This document shows positions 21,734-33,700 of a stretch of DNA of 64,000 nucleotides, piece after piece. Numbering within the stretch: the first letter of the stretch is position 1; every line of letters starts with the position of its first letter. The notes beneath the pieces are model-generated. The model had not been told where the DNA came from and did not search any database. It saw only the letters and a list, made by a program, of their open reading frames with translations. This DNA is from Botryllus schlosseri. Lineage: Eukaryota. Position numbers and translations under genes: made by a program. The stretch is from assembly GCA_051294905.1 (NCBI GenBank), contig CM119383.1:10354001-10418000 (forward strand), written 5' to 3'.

Positions 21734-24646
21734 ATGGATTCTCGAAGAGAAATAGATAGTGAATTTTCCTTGGACAAGGAAACAAGAGAAAGAGTGGAAA
21801 AGGTTTTCAAGTCATTTTTAAATGAACGCTACATCTCCGATATCAGTAACATACTCTCGGCAGACGAACTTAAAATACATTATGCAGTTGTTGTTGACTG
21901 CACCGCTCTCTTCAAAGTTGACATTATATTTGCAAAGGTTTTAATCCACCACCATGATGAGACGCTGAGGATACTTGATGGCGTTTTGGCAGACGTTTGC
22001 ATGGATTTGTACAAAGCCAATGTAGCAAGGCAAAGAATGACTAAAAAACCCTATACTCACATCAGAATGAAAAACTTGCCTCCTTGTGATGAGCTCTGGC
22101 GACACAGGGTGCCAAAGTCTAAAGATGTTGGTAAATTCCTTGCAGTTGAAGGAACTGTTATCAGGATCGGGGCTGTGAAATTACTGCAATACAAGAAGAG
22201 ATTGATTTGCTCAAAATGCCACGGCTCTTTTGAGATCGATGCCGACTTGGAGCAATGCTATCGTATTCCAACCCCCGCACGATGCCCCATCACCCCTAAT
22301 TGCAATTCGAAAAAATTTGTGATGTCTAAGGATAGTTTGTCCGGCCACGACAAGAAAGACTTACAAGAAATCAAAGTTCAAGAGCAAGTACGAAAGCTTG
22401 CAATGGGAATGGTGCCTCGAGCTATTTCAGCCGTGTTGGAGGATGACTTGGTTGATAGCTGTAAAGCAGGGGACGATGTAATCATATATGGCGTTGTAAA
22501 ACGTAGATGGCAGCCTTTACACGAAGGTAAGGTGTGTGATATCGAATTGATTATTAAGGCCAATTACATGGAGATCCGTAATGATCATCGGCTTGACCCA
22601 TCAGTGAGAGAGGATATGCAAAATGATTTCGAGTGCTTTTGGGCGGGTCATGTTGACACTCCACTCACTGCCAGGAATCAAATCCTGGCCAGCTTTTGTC
22701 CGCAAATTTACGGACTGTACGTCGTTAAACTGGCAGTTGCGTTGATCCTAGCCGGTGGTGTCGCGAAAAAAGACCCATCTGGGTCCAGGGTCCGTGGTGA
22801 AGCACACCTTTTACTTGTTGGAGATCCCGGGACAGGAAAATCGCAATTTCTCAAATACGCGGCTAAAATCACTCCGCGCTCAGTTCTAACAACTGGAATC
22901 GGATCAACAAGTGCCGGATTAACAGTGACTGCAGTTCGTGATGGTGCTCATTGGGCTTTAGAGGCAGGAGCACTTGTTCTAGCGGATGGTGGTGTCTGCT
23001 GTATCGATGAATTTTCCGGCATAAGAGAACGCGATCGTGGCGCCATTCATGAAGCCATGGAACAGCAAACTGTCAGTGTTGCTAAGGCTGGATTGGTTTG
23101 CAAGCTGAATACAAGGACTAGCGTTTTGGCAGCTACTAACCCCAAATTGGGTAAATATGATGACTCTGTAAGTATGGATGTCAACGTTGCCATTGCCAGC
23201 CCACTGTTGAGCAGGTTTGATATTATACTGGTGCTTCTAGACAAACAGAATGAGGATTGGGATTCGATTGTTGCTGATTATGTTTTGTCTGGGAAAACTA
23301 TGAATGACATGAATTTCTCTGCCGACTCATTATGGTCACTGGACCAGATGCAAGCCTATTTTACTTTGATAAAGCAGATAAACCCAGTTTTAACACCTGA
23401 CGCAAACACAATCTTATCTCAGTACTACCAATGCCATCGGAAATCTGATTTTCGCAACGCAGCAAGAACTACAATAAGGTTATTGGAAAGTCTCATCCGA
23501 ATAGCGGAAGCACATGCTCGACTGATGTATCGTAACACTGTTGAGATAATTGATGCCGTTACGGCCGTGTTGATAACAGAATCTTCAATGCAAGGAGCGT
23601 CATTGCTGCCCACGGGAAATATTCTGCATTCACAATTTCCGGCTGACCCGGAAGAACAGTGCAAACAGCACACTGCACTTGTCTTAAAGAAGTTGGAGCT
23701 AGAACACCTTATACAGAAGGGGATGGTAAGTTCCCCAACCCGGCCTACTACAGTGGTGCGTAAGAGTTGCGAAGAACCAGAAAACGAAGATTTCACATCA
23801 ACCGTGCAAAAAATTGTGTCCAGAGGATTCGGAACACAGGGATACAGCCTTCAACCGAAATCTTCTTTAGACCAACCTACCATGCCTTTCTTTGCTCATT
23901 CTGCAACAGAGGACGAAGACTTGTCGTATGGAGAATTCGGACTCGCTTTGAAAGAAACCGATAGGGACCAGAGTCTCCCAATCATATCAACACAAGTTCA
24001 CACTTCTGCCGAGGTTCATCAATCTCCTCCACCTAATAAAACGAAAAGAACCCATTCACCCATTGACAGGCACCCAGCACTACAGCGGTTTCGAAGATAC
24101 TCTTCATCGCCCGAAGAACGTTCTTCCAGCATCGGGATTAATTCCAGTGATCATAAAATACTGAATTCTCGTTCGCTTGATCCTGATGATATGTTCCAAA
24201 TTGGCGTAACTCCTACTAAGGCACCAAAAACTCGTCGTAGCGTACCGGGCTCTTCAGTTAAGTCATTATTCGTACCGTCAGTTTTTTCCCTGGAGGACTC
24301 GAAAGATGACAGCTTTCTTCAAGATGAAGTGAAAGAGGAATCAAGTATTAGTGCGAAATGTGATGCGGCATTTCAGAAAGCGAAGCATTCCTCATTTACA
24401 CTCAGTGGTTCCATGGTGGAGAAAATATGTGATGACATCGCACGTGATAACCATGACAACTTGCAACCGTTTGTCACAGGGACAGCTAAAAACACCCTAA
24501 CCACTGAAATAAAGCAAGAGTGTGACCAACCATTGGTCAAGTGCGAAAGCAAGCAAGAGTTCGAAATTGAGCCGACACCGCAAAGCGTATTCAGAATAGA
24601 TGAAGACATTGATTTGGATATAGATTTTGATATATTTGATATCTGA
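21734..24646 (+). CDS. MCM9: DNA helicase MCM9, single coding exon, 970 aa
   Basis: MCM N-domain with Zn motif (CSKC..C...C), Walker A LLVGDPGTGKSQFLK, Walker B CCIDEF, Arg finger LLSRFD, long disordered tail. N-terminus resembles MCM9 (VFKSFL..HYAVVV). Confidence 0.95.
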   Translation: MDSRREIDSEFSLDKETRERVEKVFKSFLNERYISDISNILSADELKIHYAVVVDCTALFKVDIIFAKVLIHHHDETLRILDGVLADVCMDLYKANVARQRMTKKPYTHIRMKNLPPCDELWRHRVPKSKDVGKFLAVEGTVIRIGAVKLLQYKKRLICSKCHGSFEIDADLEQCYRIPTPARCPITPNCNSKKFVMSKDSLSGHDKKDLQEIKVQEQVRKLAMGMVPRAISAVLEDDLVDSCKAGDDVIIYGVVKRRWQPLHEGKVCDIELIIKANYMEIRNDHRLDPSVREDMQNDFECFWAGHVDTPLTARNQILASFCPQIYGLYVVKLAVALILAGGVAKKDPSGSRVRGEAHLLLVGDPGTGKSQFLKYAAKITPRSVLTTGIGSTSAGLTVTAVRDGAHWALEAGALVLADGGVCCIDEFSGIRERDRGAIHEAMEQQTVSVAKAGLVCKLNTRTSVLAATNPKLGKYDDSVSMDVNVAIASPLLSRFDIILVLLDKQNEDWDSIVADYVLSGKTMNDMNFSADSLWSLDQMQAYFTLIKQINPVLTPDANTILSQYYQCHRKSDFRNAARTTIRLLESLIRIAEAHARLMYRNTVEIIDAVTAVLITESSMQGASLLPTGNILHSQFPADPEEQCKQHTALVLKKLELEHLIQKGMVSSPTRPTTVVRKSCEEPENEDFTSTVQKIVSRGFGTQGYSLQPKSSLDQPTMPFFAHSATEDEDLSYGEFGLALKETDRDQSLPIISTQVHTSAEVHQSPPPNKTKRTHSPIDRHPALQRFRRYSSSPEERSSSIGINSSDHKILNSRSLDPDDMFQIGVTPTKAPKTRRSVPGSSVKSLFVPSVFSLEDSKDDSFLQDEVKEESSISAKCDAAFQKAKHSSFTLSGSMVEKICDDIARDNHDNLQPFVTGTAKNTLTTEIKQECDQPLVKCESKQEFEIEPTPQSVFRIDEDIDLDIDFDIFDI

Positions 24647-24893
24647 TGAATTTTGATTCATTTGATATCTGATGAATTTTGATTCCTGCTAACGCAATTG
24701 CTTGCCAAGTTCTGTTACTTCTGAATTCTTCCGCACAAAGCAACTATCCTAGTATTAAAATTGCTTAGATGAAACAAGTATATCACATTCCTGTCGATAT
24801 CTTTTTCATATCCTCTTTGCACATGCACATCCAAGTCATTTTGTTTCAGCACCGTTGTCATCATGCAACACGATGTTTTTCTGAGTTCAGTGT

Positions 24894-26692
24894 TCAAGTC
24901 AGATATGTATCGATGTCTCCAGGATCAATACAGCTTTGCTCAAGTGGAACATCAATATCATATTCTTTAGAATGATGTCTTGTCTTTTTCATGCGTTGAG
25001 GGATAGGTAGCTCGGAATGGTGTGCTGGTAATGGTTCGGTGAAGAAGTATGGGTGGAGCAATGCTTCTTTAGCAGCTATCCTCTGAAAAAGATTGTAGAA
25101 CATTTCAACTCCAATGATTACTAGGGCAAGCTTCTGCAACTTTTTTTACAGCTTCCGGCAGCTTCCTAAATACTTGTAAGATATGTAGAATGCTGTTTTA
25201 AGCTGTTTGGAGGAATCTCACAGTGCAACTTTTTGCATCTTTTTCGATTTTTCATGGAAGTATTTTTGATTCAGGTGAAATACTCGGCTAAATTCGACTG
25301 AAACACCGTAAATTAGCACCGAAGTAACGCTTTCACGGGTATTTCGGGAACTGAACCGGAGAATTGACCTTTTTTTGTTTTTTAGTTAATCTGGGAAGTT
25401 GACCATTTTTTTTTAGTGAACCGAGCTAAATATGGTCTTTTGCAACTTTTGTCAAAAATGCGACTTTCCACGGATTTACCTGCAACAAAAACTTGCCCTA
25501 GTGATTACCTTATCCGAAGGGTAGACCAGAAACTTTTTTAGAAGATCGAGTGCCTCCACCGATGCATCTGGCACAATGTTTTCCAACGGGATCGGCGGAC
25601 TATCTCGGAAAGATATCTTGTTGTAATCTGGAAGCTTTGACATCCCAGGCCATATGGTTTCATTGGGCGTACCCAGGACACGTAAAACACAGCAAAGCTG
25701 CTCTATATCATTCTCTCCCTGAAAGCAAGCGAATTTACTATATTGACTTGACAGCATCCGATTGTATTCAAATTACTGGGAAAAGAGGTGAATTATTCAG
25801 CATTTCCCCATAGATGCATCCAATTGCCCACAGATCAACACCTTCATCATACTCTCTTGCTCCATAAAGAAGTTCTGGAGCTCTGTACCATCTTGGAATT
25901 GAATAAATCAAAAATGATTAGAAAAAAAAATAATTCGTTCGATTCCATTTGGCACTCTCTAATCACCTTGTTGCAACCTGATGGCTGTACTGCCGATCAG
26001 ATACAGACTCCTGATGGACTCTGGCTAGACCAAAATCGGCAATCTTCAAATGTCCAGTGGAACTTATTAGAAGATTTGCGGGCTTCAAGTCCTGCGAGAT
26101 AACGTGATTAAGGGGAATCTCACTGTGTATATCATGCTTTAAGACTTGCCCTGTGCATGATGTTACTTTTGTGACAAAACGCGACACCTTTCAAGAGCAT
26201 CATCATGTAACTTTTAATTTGACCTTCTGTAAGGGGCCGTTCGGAATTGCGAATGACCTCAGAAAGGTCTGAAAGCATGTATTCGAATACCAACACGAAT
26301 CCAGTTCCATGTGGGAACACGTCGTATAATTTCACAACCTGAAATATAAAATTATCCATCTGTAATATTCAGACCAATATGACTAGAACTATTGCATTCA
26401 TGGAATACTATCAGATACAGAACTACCCAATACATTTTGTGATTCTTCAGAATCCCCGCCGATCTGCTGTAGCGCTTTGATTTCTCTCAGTCCTTGATTG
26501 GGTATACCATCCTCAATTTTCCGCAATGGAACCTTTTTCAGGGCCACAACTTCTCCACTCTATATTATACATAATTCAGTACGGAGTTGCAACGCTACCA
26601 TATATTAGTTACTATACTTGTATATGTTTAGCTTTGTAGACTATCCCGTGAGCTCCCTCTCCAATTCTTCCTAGGATGTGGTAGTCTTCCAT
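24894..26692 (-). CDS. CDK20: Cyclin-dependent kinase 20 (CCRK), multi-exon
   Basis: [105 protein letters not shown]. Confidence 0.96.
25270..25470. repeat. Dispersed repeat fragment in CDK20 intron, related to the interior of the 52921-53327 MITE
   Basis: AAATTCGACTGA..GTAACG..GGGTATTTCGG..TTGACCTTTTTTT is shared with 53050-53140. Confidence 0.6.
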
Positions 26693-27532
26693 TAATCGAC
26701 CACCCAAACCACTACGCGTCTACCAGTCTGCGTGATAACCGAAGCGGTATTCGTTGCTAGCGACTAACTTTTTTGCTGTAGTAAGTAGCCCTCTGCTGCA
26801 AACTTGTGATTAATACTTTTTGGTCGATGAGTAGGACAAGCAGATGAACGTAATATTTTCAATAAATGGAGAAGTATATTAATAAAAAGATAGTTAGCAG
26901 TCACCACAACACCCGCAGGAAAGAATCCAAAGATATCGTGCATTGGAAAACTCATGAAACGAGCCATACTTTCATAACAAATGTTGTGAGAGGAGTGTCG
27001 AAGGCGCGGACTTCGCTTGGCTTATCGAACATAATATTGAAGGCAGAATGTGGTAATTTTAACGGAGTATATTGGTATAACGCCATTTAAATATTAGTCG
27101 ATAAGGAGTTGGTAGACCTTACGTAATTCCCTGAACTGAGACCTGATAAGACCTCTGTGAGTCGTATATTTTGTCGTGTGAACGTAGATAACAATTTGGC
27201 ATGTACTCTCTCGTGGCTATGAGAGACGGTCATTCAATCCATGATATTTCGCCGATTTGGAAGTCCATTACTTTGTCGTACGTGATTCAATAAAGTTACA
27301 AGTCGTGGAGACGGAAACAAATATATTCGTCAGTGTGATCCATCGAATACGTGTCCAATAGACAGGCTTCGTGGTACGTCAGCCAACAAGGCCGTACGGC
27401 GCGGTTACGCCGGTTCGTCGAACGAAAGAAGAAACACGCAGCGAATTGTAAACGCAACCTTCTTGGAGTCAATAATACATCTTGGAGTCAGATATACAAT
27501 TATACAACTACAAACGTTCGCTCTGCGTTATA

Positions 27533-27545
27533 TGGTGACCCCGAC
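27533..27545 (+). promoter_or_regulatory. Primer-binding site complementary to the 3' end of tRNA-Trp
   Basis: TGGTGACCCCGAC directly follows the 5' LTR; eukaryotic tRNA-Trp ends ...GUCGGGGUCACCA. Confidence 0.75.
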
Positions 27546-28674
27546 ATTTAATTAATCACGACGGACCGGCCGACCGAAGACAATCAATATAAAGATACGC
27601 CCTGCCCGACGGCGAGAAATAGCAATACAGCAACGGACCACGGAAACGATAAATATAAAGATTCGCCTTGCACAGCGGCGAGAAAGAGCATTCAGAGAAA
27701 ACGACGAGACGTTATTGCCAGGAAGAAATGCAGCGGGGTTGTGCTTTCGACGATCAATACGCCGTAACAAAGACAACAATGAAGAAGACGTCTGCAGTGT
27801 CAGAAAATGCTCGGAAATCGCAGAAGTTTAGCAGATGTGCGGACAGTGGTGCTCCAAGCATGCATCACACGGATTAGAACAATAAGGTAGATCGATTTTA
27901 TTCTCTTACACTACGACGTTAGTTGGTTACTGTTATTGGGATATTGGCAAAGTATAGTTTTGTAAAGTAACTTGCAATCATTGGTTTCTATACCCAGATA
28001 GGGGTCGCATTTCCTGTGAGTCAAATCCTCCGCTGCTAGAGCTGTAGGACGCAGGTGCTTATATAGCATGATGTTTTGATAAGAGATGTGTGCGGGTAAA
28101 CCCGTGGCAAGAAGGCTACCCTATTTATTCGATGCCATGATGCATCCAATAGCTGAATAGCTTGATATGTATGTGTGATGAATAATGATATATTGCAAGC
28201 CTTATGAAGAGATATTAGGCCTCTGCCATACGACGATACCCTTATGTTGAGTATATCATTGAGAAAATATGCACCGCGGTAGTGCATGATAGTTGCAAAC
28301 ATTGCTTTGCATGTAATACAATAAATAGGGCACACTCTCGTTCTGTTGGTATATACCAATGTTAAATGCTACGTGATATGAATTAGGAAGTTTCATATCA
28401 ATTTAGAATATAATGATTGCAGGTGAATATTCGATTTTTTTTCTACCCATAGCAGTATCTTGCTAATTAGTTGTTGTGCGAGTGATATTATCGGTTTTCT
28501 CAATGCCCAATGTAATGTATCCTTTAATGTTACCGTAATATCGTGTATGTATTGTTTTGAGGTATTAAGTGATGTTTGTGTTTTTTTTTGATCGCCTAAT
28601 GTTGTTGATTTGTATTTCAGTAGTCTGCATAAACAGACTGATGTTACTTTCCGCCATTTGATGTAGATAACGAC

Positions 28675-29019
28675 ATGTTTGATGATTTTGTTCAGCAGTT
28701 TCCGCCCGTTGATGCGGACAAAGTTGTACTAAACTCCGCGGTAACTCCGGGTGACGCAGGTGTAATTTCGTCCGGTAGTGATGACAGCGAGAGCGGCTGT
28801 CCGAGTAGTATTGGTAGCGCGTCTCGAGAGCGTGTATCTGATTGCTTACCTGTTGATGTTTATCGCGTAATTCGTAGGCGTGAATCCCGCGTGCGCGATA
28901 ATGCTAAGACCAAAATATCTCGTGATTGCAGAAATATCACCGAGTCAAGTCCAAGATATACGTCCAGAGGGAGACGAATTGTTAGACCAAGACATTTGAA
29001 TGATTACGTGTTGCATTAA
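28675..29019 (+). pseudogene. Probable remnant of Gypsy pol C-terminus
   Basis: Ends YTSRGRRIVRPRHLNDYV, resembling the TRSGRxV(K/R)PPxxLxDYV tail common after Gypsy integrases. Confidence 0.5.
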
Positions 29020-30768
29020 ATCGCGTAGAATAAAGATATGCGTGATGAGAAATGCCTTATGCATTAATATGTTGCATAAATGCAGGATTGCTGCTTCATC
29101 GATTGTTGAATCGCGTAAAGTAAAGATATGCGTAGTGAAAAGCGTGATTTGCGCATTGATATATTATGTAAATGCAGGATTGCTGCATCAAGTTGTGACT
29201 CCCCGTCGTAGAATGTGAGGTGGGGTCACCGAAGCTCGTTGCTGAAGTATGCGTTGTAGTAATAAATGCTGACATCGAAATGTTAGGCGCGTGTAGGCCC
29301 GCTTATGCGGCACTGAACTGTGCGTCAAATTTGAAATGGTCACTGTAGAATTGTGGTTGAGTTGCCATAAGCCCTCTGTTGTTGTGATCAGACAACATGG
29401 ATTTGGTAGGAATGGTTGCTGTCCCCGCTGGACGGGTTGACAGTAATAATGAGAAAGTAGAAGTATATGAATGACAGTGAATAGCATGTTCCGTGGGTTT
29501 TGAAGCATGATTGCTGGATGAATTATGGTATTCGTCAGTGCATACACGTAGATGGTATTCGTCAGTGCATATAGACTGGTTTAGACTGGTTACGTCTGTG
29601 AATTGCATTGCATTTTCTAGTTTTTTGTTGCTCTTTATTATACATGTTCATTAATTTGTTGTTAGTGCATGCGAAGTGACCTGTAATGTCACGGTTGTAA
29701 CGCTTTTGTGCTGGTTTAATTATGTATTTTATTTCTTTGTTTTGTTTGAGCGCTAACTATTGTTGATCTGAGTTTCAGTTGCCAGTAGGACGGAACGATG
29801 ATATTGCGAGTCGTTCCGAGATGGTTATGTAAAATACGGTTCCCGCCACGCCACGCTTGCCACGCTTGCCACGCTGCTACGCTTGGATGGTATTTCGTTT
29901 CATTAGTTTACTTTTGCCGCTGCATATAAAATCGGTTCCTTTCTCCAGTCCCTATGATTAGCCCCAGTCCATATGTTGTATGACCCTAGGTTTGAGATTT
30001 TGACCAATATACTCGTTTTTTTTTACACCAAGTTATTTTGGTGGGAAGGGGGAACTTTTAACGGAGTATATTGGTATAACGCCATTTAAATATTAGTCGA
30101 TAAGGAGTTGGTAGACCTTACGTAATTCCCTGAACTGAGACCTGATAAGACCTCTGTGAGTCGTATATTTTGTCGTGTGAACGTAGATAACAATTTGGCA
30201 TGTACTCTCTCGTGGCTATGAGAGACGGTCATTCAATCCATGATATTTCGCCGATTTGGAAGTCCATTACTTTGTCGTACGTGATTCAATAAAGTTACAA
30301 GTCGTGGAGACGGAAACAAATATATTCGTCAGTGTGATCCATCGAATACGTGTCCAATAGACAGGCTTCGTGGTACGTCAGCCAACAAGGCCGTACGGCG
30401 CGGTTACGCCGGTTCGTCGAACGAAAGAAGAAACACGCAGCGAATTGTAAACGCAACCTTCTTGGAGTCAATAATACATCTTGGAGTCAGATATACAATT
30501 ATACAACTACAAACATTCGCTCTGCGTTATAGTAATACTGGTTAATGATATGATGGTATATACTATATACACCCCACACCCGTAGCTCTGGAGAGACACA
30601 CTTCGCACGATTATACTCACTCAGCCTGACAATATTGAATAAGGTTTTAATGATAGAAACCCAACGTGTTATTTATTTTTTGAAGATACAGTAGGCTATA
30701 CTAGGATTACTAGCAGAATATCACGAAGTCGGGTCGGCCAATGTACTATATTCAGTTTTATTTTTACT

Positions 30769-33700
30769 ATGGTGGGATGGCATAAAAGTAAGTCATTCGA
30801 CCTTTGTGATTCCAAATCGATTTCTGACCCACGCAATTGATTTTTAGCAAAACGATGGAACTGGAAGTTAACATCAGCCGGAATTTTGGTGCCAATTATG
30901 CTTGCGGGAAGTGGTGCTTGTATTATTGTGATCGAAAACTTCAGAAAAAAATTTGATGTACCATTTCATGCCTTGAAGCTAGAAAAGAAGCAACAGTACA
31001 TAGTCACACGGTGCTGATTGAATTATGCATTCTCAACTCGATACTGTCTGAGACAAAATTGTTTCTTATTGATTAGCCCTGAGCAAAGGAAACTTTTGGA
31101 GAGGCATGATTGGAATTTGAAAGGATTTCACCAAGCTGCAGCTGAGGCTGAAAACTTCCTCCTAAGCAGCATACCTGTCCGAGTCGGTGAGTCATATCAA
31201 GGAATATTCTACAAATGCATCTTTGTTTTTGTCCGAGGTAGTATTCAAGTATGGTATTGGTAGGTCATCGCTACATTCACTACATATTTTGGTGAGTTTA
31301 ACTCCAGAATACTTCCACTTTGTCAAGTAGAAAGTAGCTTTTTGGCAGATGATTCTTTATGATACTTTATGTACAAATACTGTAAAACTGAATACATTTC
31401 AAAATTTCAGCTACATATGCATTACCAGAAACCATTGTATCCAACACCTACATAGGAAGTTTTAAAAATTGTTGCTTGTATGTTACAAATAATAATCTTC
31501 GACACACTTCACCAAGATACTTTGTAGGAGTTTTATTAACATTTTTGCGAACCCTTTATTTTCTAGTTCAAGATGTTTTGGCCTGTCTTGGAAATTGCTA
31601 CTGTTACTTGTACTTATGCAGAGTAATTATAGATTACTTCTGTCTGAATAGCATCATAGACTACTTTGGTCTTTTCTGCATAATTTTACAAGCACGCACG
31701 CTATCACGTTGCACCACAAGACTTGAATTCACAACATCTAACCTAAAAATAGCTAGTGAATGGTTAATCAATATTCCTGAAATATGTGTAATTTCCAGTT
31801 TCGTGGATGAGGGCCTGAGGGGTTACATGGGCATGGCGTAAAAGTTGTTATTCAAGACTTGTGACAACTGGTAAATTTTTTTCAAAACCACTGTAGTGCA
31901 AGTAGAGGTGACCAGCTTTTCCTAGTTGAGGTACAAATATGCCATTACTCTGGCTGTCAACGAACCAAACACCCCTGCACAAACTGTTTAGTAATACAGT
32001 TATTATTTCCCAGCGGAAAAGCTGCCAATATTAAAGCAGCGCGCCCTTTTGAAACAACGCTACAGCTCGCCATGGCAACTTCTACAGGATGTCACAATAT
32101 CTAATTCAAATCGTATGGAAGACATCATTGACAAACTCAGCAACCATGCATGGCTAGGTAAAAATCCCTTTGTAGCTGCTGGTTTAATGACTAAATCTCA
32201 TCTTATTGATAAATATAGAACAGAGAGGAATCAGCAGCGAGATTAATGAGAAAGACTTGCTTCAAGGTATATAGAGATAGCAGAATTTTGTTATACGTCA
32301 AGTGAATTAGAATACCTATATAGACAGCCTGGATTTAGTATTGTACAGGTAGTTTTCTTCCGGGTAAGAGAAAGCTAGCAAGATTAGTCAGGAATTCTAT
32401 TGAAAGTGCCAGTAGTGATTGGGAATGGTACCCAATGACAAATAGAAATATAATTCTTCAAACCAGTCAAAACTATTTCAAGTAGATGTGAACTTATGTA
32501 GTACGATGGAATTGAGTCAGGATTGTGTATTATCAGCATTTTCATCAGCTCAAAATACTGCAAGGTTGTGATATGAAGAATAAAACGAAGAAATCAATAT
32601 GCAGAACCTATAAACAAGACACCTTTCAGTCACCACGCAAAAGTTCAGAGATAATTGTTAAGTTGTATGTATAGTGTATACTTATCCGTTGATTTGGTGT
32701 TGGCTTGGCATTTTATTATAGTCATGATTATCAAATAATTTCAATTGATTGTCTCACTCATATATTTCAGTTTGTCACTACCAATTTACATAATAGTTAA
32801 GTGGTTGTGAATCATGTGATGTTGTCAATTGTTCGTTGTGGGGAAGAACTTCGTAATGTAAACACTGCTATATTCCTGATTCACAGACGACAAATATTCA
32901 CTGTAACTGATCAGAAAATTTCGGTGAACGAATATCATACTGAAGGACATGCTTGAAGCTGTTTTGTAGCTTGTAGTCATGTTCATTGTTCATGAATCAT
33001 CATTTTTGTAGATTACGAATATCGCTTGCTTGGGAAAAACCTTGACTCCCCATACCTTTGTGCTCTTGCCCGCACAAAAGATGTCGACGACAGATTTTTC
33101 TTAGAGGCGAAGTCACCGCCTCTTCCTCACGATGAACCAGCAATAGGTGAGATTTAATATTTTATCAACGATTAACCGTTGTGAATATAAAATTGTCTTA
33201 GAATATATGCTGTACGATATGCTCACCAAACTGCCTCAAACTGATGTTGAAGAATGTCTTCAATTTTTTACACACGGAGCACTTACAATCAGTGACGAAA
33301 GGCAGTTAAAAAAGGTGTCAGTGGGATCGACTTTCAATTATTTTTCATTGTTTTTATGCCTATCTTTGCTGCCAGGGTGGAATGTGGTGTTTTGGGGGCA
33401 ATGGCCTGAACTACACAAGAGAAATAGTTTCTCAGGAGAAAGTGGAATCATTTTGTCTACAAGCTCTTGTTAAACATTCCAAGGTTTGTTGTCTCAAGTC
33501 TACGACTCTAGAATAGTTATAACTTTTACCATGGATGTTACTCAGTACGCCTTCCCTTCAGAATGCAAGTCACTGTGAAGCAATGGTGCGATTGGGTATT
33601 TTGGAGTTGCTGCAACGAATTCATATCCTGAGGCCGAATGTGGCAAGCATACAAAGAAACACTGTCAGGTGAGAAATCGCAAAACTAACAAGTTCGCAAC

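Larger units (their letters stand above)
27058..30531 (+). mobile_element. Non-autonomous Ty3/Gypsy-type LTR retroelement (3.47 kb)
   Basis: 475-bp LTRs 27058-27532 and 30057-30531 with one difference seen; 5-bp TSD GTAAT; PBS TGGTGACCCCGAC at 27533; polypurine tract GGTGGGAAGGGGGAA at ~30040; AATAAA in LTR. No RT, RNaseH or integrase ORF. Confidence 0.93.

Noticed and set aside
27351-27551. Identical small ORFs in both LTRs (also 30350-30532)
   Set aside because: Duplicated only because they lie in the LTR; GTG start and no gag-like features.
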